A stretch of 64,000 bases of DNA from Phallusia mammillata (Eukaryota): assembly GCA_965637545.1 (NCBI GenBank), contig OZ281497.1, positions 24,056,001 through 24,120,000 on the forward strand, given 5' to 3'. This document shows positions 11,538-22,224 of this stretch, piece by piece; within the stretch, counting starts at the first letter, position 1, and every line of letters begins with the position of its first letter. A program made the translations under genes and the position numbers. Under the pieces are notes generated by a model that saw only the letters and a program-made list of their open reading frames with translations, ran no database searches and was not told the DNA's origin.

Positions 11538-11927
11538 CTGCACTGATATGACTGTACAGGTCGAAACACTGTGTCAAGTTTTCTGGTTCGCTGTGTGATC
11601 TATTTCACACAATGGCATCGAACCTCCACTACACTATCCTTATCAAAATCGGTGTATAGTTGCTTAACGACATCTTGTAAATCTGTGACAATCTTTGGTA
11701 GATTTTCCCTGGCAGCCATATTTAGATGATGCCACTCATCAGAAGTTTACTTACAAACCCTCAGTGCTCATTAGAGAAGTAATTATCTGGTGGACAGCTA
11801 ATACAGGATTACATACCAACTGCACTTTATACATAGCTTCAATAGCTCACAACACCAAACAGCAAATGCCTTGTCGCCAGATGCACTAATAAGACCGTTT
11901 CGGTCGAAGTAGTGGTCACTGCCTGCA
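11538..11927 (+). ncRNA. Two degenerate type-I hammerhead ribozyme motifs ~345 bp apart (Penelope-like/retrozyme remnant)
   Basis: ctgca-CTGATATG-ACTGTACAGGT-CGAAAC-ACTGTGTC at 11538-11575 and tgca-CTAATAA-GACCG-TTT-CGGTC-GAAG-TAGTGGTCACTG-CC-TGCA at 11882-11927. Stems retained, cores mutated. Paralogous copies upstream of L2, L3, L4; best preserved upstream of L5 at 56134-56180. Confidence 0.6.
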
Positions 11928-13326
11928 ACCAACCTATTATTCTACTGAGGCGTTGCTTTTATTCTACGTTAATTGTTTCCATATATTAGACCTGCAACAC
12001 GACGTATACGTAAAGTTTAAAAATTTTAACACTGTTTTAGAAACCAATTCACTTATCTATTGTGTTTTTGTGTTTTAGATAAGTTTTGAAACTTTCAATT
12101 ATGTTCTCAAATATGTTCAATCAAAATACCTAATCTGTTAAATTTTTGAATTAAGTTTTCTGGTATGCGATCAATTAGTATTGGATCAGTAAAACGGAGA
12201 TTATGGTCATCAGTGTCGAAAGTACAATATTATCGATGAGTTTTCCAGTTCCACAACGTAAGCTCATTTTCTTGGCGTAATGTGCTGCCACCTAACGACA
12301 AACACAATAAATCTTTACGTGGTATCAATGAGTATAAAACTCAAATTCTCTTTTATAAAAAAATCTCTTTTATAAAAACCTGTGGGTATTTGTAACCATG
12401 AGCGATGACTTTCAGATGATTTAATACTGCGTTAAACAATTTTACAATGCGTGAGCCAAAGAACTTTTTTATAAAGAATACACCATGCAGACCCGTCAAT
12501 AATCACTGTAGCAGGTTGTCCATCGAGCTATAGAACACGGTATATAAAGCACTTAAACGGTCAAAAAACGGTGAATGCCAGGTGTGTTAAGTGATGTCAC
12601 ACGGAATTGGCCAGTAGAAATGTTGCGTTGACAAAAGATAAAACCGGAGATGTTTGTCAGGTGTACGACAGATGAATATTAATGATTATCATTAAAACTT
12701 AAGGGGAAACTGCTTAAGTTTGGAGTGAATAAACAGATTTTGCATTTTGTAGTTGTATTCTAAGTCCTAAGAAACAGTGACACAACCGGGTAAGATATGT
12801 ATCAAATGTATGTTAAAGGTCAGCAAACGCTTGTGTACGGCAATGCGACAAGGTGAAGTAATATTGTTTGTTTCATTTTTATCTTCGCTTGAATGTGTTA
12901 TGCTCACAGTAAAACCGCCCCGCATCTGGCTGCCTGTTTTATTGCAAGTCCGTTCAATAACATGTTAATTGATTTTTTTACTAAGGCAGTTGGTGACGTC
13001 AATTTAGTTTGGAACCACTGGGTACATGGCGGTTCCGCTTATCACTCGGCCAACTTGGCAATGTAATTATTACATATATCTATGTGTATCATATGAGACA
13101 TGGTGAGGCAATTTAATCACCATAGTTACTTACCGCATCATTAAGATTGACATCACCTTCGAACCAGAAAACCATCGCAGGTTCTCCGACTGGTACAATC
13201 TTCAAATCATCTGGATAAAGTTGCTCACATGTATGACTGAGGCGAAAACCTCATTAAACAAACATTTGTATCTGTAATTTGTAAAACAGATATAAGTTAC
13301 TGTTTTAGTTGTTAACATGCATGAAT

Positions 13327-13560
13327 GGGATGACACAGCGGTTAGTGTAGGGTGCTTGCGACCATGAGGTTCACGAATTAAATCCCGTCATAACTGCTGT
13401 GTCAAACATAAAAAATGTTGTTCATCTTTCAAGAAAATAAACTTTAGGTTAAGACTGTGGCTGAAACAGACAGAAACCTAGAAATATAAACTGAGCCACA
13501 GCAAAGTCTGAACCAAAAGATTGCGGACACGTGTTAAGAAGCACACCACCGCCACTGGTC
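13327..13560 (+). mobile_element. Probable tRNA-derived SINE
   Basis: Degenerate A-box (GACACAGCGG) and B-box (GAATTAAATCCC) at tRNA-like spacing followed by a body conserved in each unit (~25215, ~37060; 3' part at ~48595). Confidence 0.45.
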
Positions 13561-13570
13561 GGCAGACAAT

Positions 13571-13620
13571 TGAGATTCGAACCCACGACTGAAAAGGCTC
13601 AGTCGTGGGTTCGAATCTCA
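13571..13620. repeat. Perfect 22-bp inverted repeat (6-nt loop) formed from a SINE B-box
   Basis: TGAGATTCGAACCCACGACTGA-aaaggc-TCAGTCGTGGGTTCGAATCTCA; copies at 25457-25506 and 37302-37351. Confidence 0.95.
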
Positions 13621-14109
13621 CCGCAGGCTAGATTTTTCTACTCTACTCCTCGCCGCAAGGGAATGCTTGGCAGATAGGCTTGTATAGGTACGACCCCATC
13701 AATAGGCCTGACGTAGTTTGAATGCTAGGCTTTACAAATTGACTTAATTTTTAAACTAGTATATTGTATACTATACAATATACAATTTATAGTATACCCA
13801 ATTGTGTTTGCATGTGTAATCATCCTTGCAATTGTTAAACCAAGCTTCACAGGCATCAAGTGACAATGGAACGTTACGATACCGTTCAGTTCTGTACGAA
13901 TTCGGTTTCTAGATGAAATCCACTCAGTGTCAGAATAATTTATTGTTTCTCAACTTTGTTAGGTTTCAAACTGGTTTTAGCTTTTGTTAATAATTTGTGG
14001 ATTCGATAAAAGTATGAGTTAAATTGAACATTATTCAGTTGAAATCTACTTTTGTTTGGTGCTTCAAGAAATTTGGTTTCAATGTTTTATTCATTATTAT
14101 TGTTATGAT

Positions 14110-14560
14110 GTAAGTCAAAGTATACGACATAACCAAAGGAGTTGAAAGGGTTGATCATGTCCAAAACGCATTTCCCTAATCCCCAATCCAAAAGATAAGA
14201 CATCCCATATGTGCAGATGTGTGAAATCGAAAGCACTCTGTCAACTTTATTTTTTATCCAATAACTTACTTCAAAGATAGTTACGCAATTTAAATACAAA
14301 ATTTAGTAAAAATCTGTAGGCTACAATATATATTCCTGGTTTCACTACTCTCGATGCTTGGTTGCAAAAAAATTATGTGGAAATTACGTTTACATAATGT
14401 AGATCTTTTCTTGTCACTTTGAGAGAATTTCTCCCGAAAATAGCATCTGAGTGGCATGTTTGTTTTTCATTGTTCCAAAAAATTGTTAGTTTCCATGACT
14501 CAACTGTTCATAAATCAAAAATGTTTCGAAACTGTTTTGTACATAAGAGTCTATTCAAAA
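14110..14560 (-). pseudogene. Degenerate S0-type exon 1 plus its upstream region, stranded ~4.5 kb upstream of L exon 1
   Basis: Aligns with ~980-1500 (ataaagttgaca.., gtagatctttt..gtcactttgag..gaaaatagcatct.., ccatgactcaactg); the S0 frame has an in-frame TAG. Copies at ~25995-26445, ~37840-38290 and ~56950-57540. Confidence 0.65.
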
Positions 14561-15253
14561 GGTTGCCAATCGTGGAAGGTTAACTGTTGATCAGCCACTG
14601 TGGGTAGGAGTTTTGCTTGTTTTTGAAGCAATTGTCTATGTCGAAGTACTTGAATGTTTGGCTGAAAATTAAAAGATTGGCCTAAAATCCTTGACAGACT
14701 TTCCAACAAAAACTTAATCTTAGTTCTTATTAGGTATAAGTCTGCTTTCAAACCACTGATCAAAACTGCTTAATAATTATTTTCTGCATGGTTTGGCGGA
14801 CCAACGATCTGTGCGTTTACTAATACAAAAGTATGTGGTAACTAACAAAACCTTACTGTTAATTTTTTTGTTCAAACAAATTCAAAATTCAAAACGCAAT
14901 ATTCGTCACAGAAATTGTTTATTCACAGGTTTTGAAGAACTGCAATTAATACAACAATACATTAATTAACTGTATTTTACAATACCAATGAAACACAAGG
15001 AAAAGTGCAAACACTAGAACAGTTTCAAAGGCCAAGTGGCCGAGTCACAAAGCACATCTTCGCTATTGACACGTTTTTTACATAAAAAAAAATACATAAA
15101 AAATACATAAAAAAACGCAATGAAAAATCCGATCCAACGGTAAAGCCTAACTGCGGAGTCATTGTGAGCATAACAGTTTAAGCATTTCCCGCCTAACCAG
15201 TATAAAAATAAACAAACAAAATGTTCAGAAATCTTATAGTGTTTTAGTGCAAT

Positions 15254-16803
15254 TTAAAAACTCTTTCTTGGTATAGGGGCGGGTGGGCGATCATATTGGC
15301 AAATTTCCTCAGGATTAGATCTTGTTTCGTGGCTAGTTTTCATTGGAATTTCATACACCGACTCTTCAACTGCATTCGGATTGGTCTGATTTATATCTGT
15401 GGCTTGGTTAGGTTGTTTGTTGGACCTGCAAATGCAAAAAAACTCTTTGAGATTTTTTTTTTGAAACTGAAAACTGAATATTCTTTACAAAACATTGTAT
15501 GAGCTGCATCTCATGACTGCGAAATCGTATCGGGTTCTGAAAAGTCGATATGGAAACGTTGGTTAAACAGCAACGGTGCAATTGTTTATTTAAAGTAAAA
15601 CTTCAGGCCAGGGCTTTATATTCACCATAAAGTATATTCAAAATGAATCAACGCATTTTGCAGGCAATTTCCCACCAAAATAATAAAAATAAAACAACAA
15701 CAAAGTAGTTCGTTGTAGATTTTGGTTGAAGTTTGCTAGTTTACCTTTTCCTGTCCCAGTAAAACACAGCAATAAGGACAACAAGAACCAGAAAGAAAAA
15801 TCCTGCCAAGGCGCTTGGAACTGCAACTGCTACCAATCGGTATTCATCTGCTGAAACGTGTGGTGATGTAGCTAGGAATTGTTAATAATTGAATGTTCCC
15901 TATGTGGAAAACGTCTTAACCCCTGGGGATGAATACAGTGCCATTGGAATTATACTTTTGTTAACATGCAGGATTTTAAAGTAGACTATAATAAAGTTTA
16001 GGCGTGCTACCAACGTCAATCATGCTATTGTTTCAATCGAAAATTTGCCTGCATGAAAAGATTCCATTTAAAGACTGACGTTGACTAATAAATGGCAGTC
16101 GAGGTTAGCTGCCAACAATGCTCTATCAGATGGATAACAGTAGATAGGCTGCAAAACCCATATGGTCACAGTCTTGTTACTAGCTGCACTTATGATACCT
16201 TATAGGCTACAGAAGGTTACCCTACATGATTGTAGCCTAATTCTTTATTATTGTTATTGCACTGTAATCAAATTGTTTATTAAACGATTACTGTTACCTA
16301 CTTGCTTTGCTGGGAGTGGGATTGTGATGAGCTGAAACGAATCCTGTTTCCATTATTTGGTTTGTGCCTTCTGTGGTTTCTGAAATAACAAACAAAGTCG
16401 ATCTTTGCAGGCACACAAAAACTGAGTGCTTAAAATAGTGATCAAGTCTTTTTTTAAACGGCTTTGTATTTAAAACTAACAAAATCTATATTAGAAAAAT
16501 GTCACGAAGCAAACATTGGATATTTTTTGCAAAAACTTGTTTACATTTTTTTGCTATCAAAAAACATTGCTATAAAACCCATGCAGATCAATATTTAATT
16601 GTGGTAGTTTCTTTGCTATTATTGCTTTTACGATAAGCAACATGAATGTCAAACTACATAAAATATTTCTGTTTACCATAATAGTAGTTGATGTCTCCGG
16701 GTTCATCATCAAACTCGTAATTTACAAATCCTACCCCAGAGTAATAAACAGCCACAGATGTGGAAATATGCAAAATTATAACAACACAAATAGCCAACTT
16801 CAT
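15254..16803 (-). CDS. S2: small Tyr-rich single-pass membrane protein, 160 aa, 4 exons
   Basis: Exons 16677-16803, 16302-16379, 15745-15850, 15254-15425 give MKLAICVVIILHISTSVA-VYYSGVGFVNYEFDDEPGDINYYYETTEGTNQIMETGFVSAHHNPTPSKATDEYR-LVAVAVPSALAGFFFLVLVVLIAVFYW-DRKRSNKQPNQATDINQTNPNAVEESVYEIPMKTSHETRSNPEEICQYDRPPAPIPRKSF*; 483 nt, open. Confidence 0.85.
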
Positions 16804-18150
16804 TTTGTGTTCAGTAGGCAATATGCAAAAACCACTTTCTGAAGAAAAATAGGTCCAAAAAAGGTTGTGAAACACTAAGCAGGAGCCCCAAAACGCGCTT
16901 CAAAACTATAACTAATATGTAGTTAGTTTCTTTTTTAAGGTTTAATTTGTAGTTTAATTAAATCAAAACCTTTAAAACGGTGTAGCTGCAGCGTGTTTAG
17001 GAATTATCCTCAATTCTGTCCTTAACTATTTTTGCACACCATAAGATTTCAACTTTGCGCAGCTGTTTCTAGGCGATGGTTCAGTGCAATTTTGTAGCTA
17101 TGTGTTCTTTCACCAAGCGAACTATAAGGCTATGAACAATATGTTTTGTTTTTCTATGCTTGACGCTTACAAAAAATGCTTATACGTTTTATAACGTAAA
17201 ACTTTCTATAATAACTGTGTGAAAATTGCTTTTTTCGGCTATACTGAAAGCGACAACTTCTAACTATATCATCCATGCAACACTATTTGCCAGTTTTCAT
17301 CACCCAATAAAGCTGGATTGTGCGCTCACAGTTTGCCGAAACTATTTATTGTACTTTATGATGACTCAAGTCAATTCATGTAGTTTCGAAACTTGACAGG
17401 TTAATTGTTCATTATACACTGTGTATGACCTTAGTCTGTTTTCAAAGGAAGTCTCGACTTACTTTTTGTACATCCCACCAACCTCATAAATATTTTTAAT
17501 ATCACAGTAAAACTGCCAGGAAAACGTTTAATTTTGTCTAGAAGTTATTTATTGCAAATTTTAAAATATGTGTAAAAATTGCAAGGTCATGTAAGTTGCA
17601 CAAGAATATCACTAACTTTTTGCGTTTGTAAAAAGTGACTGTGGTTTATAATTCCCGCACAGCTTCTTTTGTTAATACACCACATAAAAAACGAAGGTAA
17701 CAAAAACAAAAATGAAACATTTAGCATACAAAAAGTAATGCTTATGCCACTTTTGTTTGAACCAAAAATACATCTCTCAACAGTTTTCGATGGGAATATG
17801 TCATACTCAAACGCAGCGGAACTGTACACAAAGCATTCACACATGCAAAAAAACAACAACAATTGCTTAGGGCTAAAACGTTGGAAAGAGCAATTCAGTA
17901 AAGGTACCCAGTTTATGGATGAAAGAGGAAATACATTTATAATAATTATTGGGTTAGACTAGGACCCTTTGAAGTGTAAGGGCCCACACAAAACCATGGG
18001 ACTGACGAATATTACCATTTCAAAAAGAAGCTAGGCAACTAATAGAAGACTCCATTGTGGCTTTAGTTGAAAAATATTGCTGCTCATTGTCACATGATTT
18101 CATTTTTTTGACAAATTTAGAGTTCACAAGAAGGCTAGTTTCGACTGCAA

Positions 18151-21100
18151 TTAACATACACCACCGACACTGGATGCAACTTTTGGAAGAGGAAAAGCAG
18201 GTCGGTCAAAAGGATAAGTTTGTTCAGTATCAAGTCCATTGTGGTAGCGTTTTTTCTCAAACACCGGAACTTCGTAAATTGGTTCTTCAGTTTCGGCCGA
18301 AGCTGCAGCTCTTGCGTTGTTTATTGGCCATGGGTTTCTCCTATAATGTTCCTTGTTGGCACTGCAAATTAAAAAAATAACTGTAACCTTGAATGAACCC
18401 TAACCTTAAAAGTGCATGAACTACATTTGTTTGCATTACACATATGTCATAAAATGAAAAAAAGGTGGTTAAACAAAATATCGGTCATGGTTATTCAATA
18501 TATTCTACAAATCATTGTTTTTGACCCTTTGGCAACCTTTTTAAATAAGTCACTGGTTGTCATATCCTGAGTTTTAGCATATTTAAGTATGCTTATCCAT
18601 TAACGCTAATCATTTTAGCATCCCAGTAGCACCCCTTACATTGGTTCCTCGGCAAATTGTGGGATGGCGTGAACTTGAGGTGTTAAGTTGAAGACGGGTA
18701 CCGGTTCTGTGCTATTGGGTGCTCTATTCGCCCTGCAAATGCAAAACATGTGTGAAACGATTTTTTTTAAACACTATAAAATTCACCCTAATTGTTTGTA
18801 TAAGTTGCATTAAGTTAAAAATCGTGTTGGTTGCAATGCAATTTCACAAATCCTAAATGAGAGTTTCTAACTTTTGTCAATACGCTCTTAAGCCAACGAT
18901 GACAATGTCGACTGCAAAGGCGCGCAAAATTTCCATCATTGGTTACTGAGTTAGGGACATGAAAAGTTACAAAATGTGACAAAACACTCCCTTTCGGCCG
19001 AAAATCACGTTTTGTAGCGGGCGATAGAGAAGTCCAATTGGGCTCTAAATGTGCACATGCGTTAAAGTTGATTATATCAGTTATCCTAATCTTGCTGTGC
19101 GTACGGTCAGCAGTTCTTATTCCTTAAACGTACAAATTTTTGGAGCACCAGATAGCAGCAGGTACATTTCTGGTTTAAGCAAAGTTCTTCAGAATATCTG
19201 ACCTTGTTTAACTGCAACATAATCACCCAACTGTTTTCGTTGTTGGTTACCCTTCCTTTTAGCAAAGTTTGCTTTTTTACCTTCTTCTTTTTCGGCAAAG
19301 CACAACGATTACGATCACAAGAACAATGAGAACGATTCCTCCCACGGAACATGAGATTGCAATTATCAACGTCTGGTCATCTATTAAAGTTGAAACGTTC
19401 GTTAGTGATTACAATTGATAAATTTAAGCAAAAAGACATAATATGTATTAAGCAGGACAATGCCATTTCAATACCAAAGACAAGCCGCAGAAACATAACA
19501 CGCAAATTTAAAAACTTTTGTATTGTTAGTATTTTTTACTGCTTACTAGTTTGAGGAGCCTTTACAGTGGTCTCTGGAACATAAGAAAATAAATGTTATT
19601 TTAGAACAGTGTTCGGCAACCGCAGATCCGCGGCCCACTGCGACGAGTTCGTTAACGGGCTGTATAATTTTTCGGGTTAAATGCTTTAAAACATTTTGCC
19701 CATATATCTCAGGATGATAAACTAATAAAATTTCACTTTCAAAAGCGGCCCGCAGAGCAAAAAAGGTTGCCACACCTTGTTTTAGAAGAACCGCGTTTAT
19801 TAATGATTTTTCTGTTTTTCCATTTTTTTGCTAAGTTTGTCTCAAAAACGATTTTGCTACGTTTCATTGGATAGACGTTGATGTTGAAAGTGTTTTTTTG
19901 ACAACTGCTTTCAAAAAAATTCAGTTTACCACGTTTTTCAAATACAAAGAAAAAAATAATATTGCTCGTTTCATTGGACTGCGTCTAAACCAGTGGTTCT
20001 TAACCGGTGGGAAATTTAATGTTTTCAGAGGGAAATTATGTAAGTCAGGTAACCAAACTCGGGGCCCAAGGGTCGAACCGGGGTTTGAATAAGTCGTTGA
20101 AAGTTACTTTCCTAAAAATTTTTCCGCAACAACATGTTAGATTAATTTTTAACCTAGTTTTACAAGACGCCTAAAAATACAAGGCCGTTTGTTACATCAC
20201 ATACATGTCTGATAGTATCAATGACTGTGCTATTGTGCGCGAATAAAGGCCTTTCCTTTGTTGATTGTGATGCAATAAATGACTATTGCAAGCAGAGGAA
20301 ACTCTATAATATTCCATAAGCTTTATTCTCTCATAGAAGCACTATTTAAACTGAATAAGATTGTAGTATATAACTTTGGGGTTCCAGACCAAATCGCTTC
20401 ACAAAATTATTTCATTTAAAGAATATTTTTTTTGTAAAAATAACAAAGGGAAAAATTCAAACTTGGTGATTGACTTTAGTGGGAAACCACACCAAAGAGG
20501 TTAAGAACCACTGGGATAGACCTTGATACTGAAAGTTTTTTTTTTTTCACAACTGTTTTTAAAAATTTTCAGTTTACCACGTGTTTCAAATACAAACCAA
20601 ATATGATATTGCTCGGAATATAGCAAACGACTTTTTGTTTTTTAAACAAAATTGTATGAAATGTTTTTTTAGTATGAATCCGTAATTACCTTTTGAGTCC
20701 GTGGTTGTCCCTGGAGTAGGAAATGTGTTTGGACGAATATTTCAAAGACATAGAGGAAAAACAATGATTGATATTCAATGATGTTTTTGCAACAACACTT
20801 ATGGTATTAAGTGAGACAGTTAACGCATTGAAAGCCATTTCGTAGCAAGACACAGGTTTTTTTTAAGGTTCGGTTTGGGTGACCGCTAAGTAGTTTTAAG
20901 ATACCGCAAGTGTTTCATTTAAATACCAAAAATAGCCATATATGCCTAAACAAATTATTGTAGTTGCAAGTCCAAATTTTGGGAAACCGCTGGAGAAATT
21001 AAAAACACGTTAAAAAAACACTGGCAAGACCTATGCGTTTTTGTTTTGACACAAAAAACAAAACGATTTTCAAATACGGTTTGTCAATGTCAATCTTAAC

Positions 21101-22224
21101 CCATATGTAAAAACAAACGATATAAGCAAGAAAAGGAAAAAAAAACGTTATGCAAATCCGTTTTACCTTTAAGAGTTCTTTGGCAGATATATCTAGCACT
21201 TGATGGACATAACGATGCGCTTATCTCCGAATAACTAGTGGGAGATGATTTCGAAATTTTGCTGCAATAGTTATTCCCAGTTCGAACATAAAACTCTTTT
21301 TCTGTAAGCACAAGTTTGTGGGTTTGAACAATACGATATGCACCAAAGTTGTAACAGGTAATAAACCTGGATATCAGACAAACCCAGCCCACATCCGTTT
21401 TCTACAAAACATGAATTGCTCTCAAAGCTTTAATGTAATCAAAATAATAATAATAAAAACTCGGTTGGTTTAGAGTTGGATGAGGGTGGAACTTATGGGC
21501 CACAACTCGAAGGCACAAGCTTGAAACCCGTGTAGTTTTGCAAAACCCAAACCATATCCAATTTGGCGGACACAACCTGTTCAACCACAATCAAAAAAGT
21601 AATTGTGGCAGAGTATGAGTTCAGACCCGGTAATTGAGAAACATTAAGCCGAAAATTAAACCACAGGTTCGAATTCTGCAACTCCCAGAACATCTAAAAA
21701 CCGTTTTTTAGTTGACCCACATTATTTTTCACCACTATTTGAGGCTGGCACAAAATTTGACAAACATATTTTTTTTATTAAATATTTGTTAGCACGCATC
21801 AAAAATAACTTAATTTATGAGAACGAAACCGGAATTTATGAGAACAAAAAATTAGCTAAATTAGCTGAATAGGATTTGCGTTTACAAACTGGTAACAGTT
21901 TAAATTTTGAAAAGTCTCATAGCTGCACAATTGCATTAATTTCACCAAACCGGAACCAGTAAATAAAGGTTACTTACTGGAAGAAAAAATAAAAATAAGT
22001 GTTGGCTTTGGAAGAAACCCTTGAAGAAAGTGAAGAAGGCGATTTGATTGTACACTCGCTATCTTTGCATTTAGCTTTGAGCATTCTTTCTCAGCTTGAT
22101 TATACGAATAGACTTCGTCGGACCCAATATAATACTCGTTTCCATCAAAAGAATGCCAAGTTTGGGCGGAACATGAATGACAAATTCCAACCACGAAAAG
22201 CATTAGGTGTATATTGTTTGCCAT
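18151..22224 (-). CDS. L2: type-I transmembrane C-type lectin-like receptor, 270 aa, 6 exons
   Basis: Exons 21978-22224, 21167-21301, 19547-19573, 19281-19380, 18640-18732, 18151-18361; open frame, tail ends EEPIYEVP..EQTYPFDRPAFPLPKVASSVGGVC*. Confidence 0.85.
20853..21023. mobile_element. hAT-type MITE (same family as 10544-10738) in intron 2 of L2-L4
   Basis: TIR CAGGTTTTTTTTAAGG / TTAAAAAAACACTG; TSD GCAAGACA/GCAAGACC; copies at 32694-32864 and 44713-44883; only a left-end stub in L1 (~8437-8470); empty site in L5 (~53390). Confidence 0.85.

Noticed and set aside
13759-13783. 12-bp AT-rich inverted repeat GTATATTGTATA-C-TATACAATATAC in each unit
   Set aside because: Short and low complexity, with no associated TSD or other evidence of function.
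17669-17962. Plus-strand 97-101 aa ORF (MLIHHIK..) downstream of each L gene
   Set aside because: Lies in the likely L 3' UTR region, is broken in the L1 and L5 copies, and has no recognisable motifs.
18057-18380. Recurrent plus-strand ORFs such as MALVEKYCC.. (107 aa), MLALEETLEES.. and MANFLRIRS..
   Set aside because: They are antisense shadows of L exon 6, L exon 1 and the S tail exon; they recur only because the unit is duplicated, and their ends shift in diverged copies.
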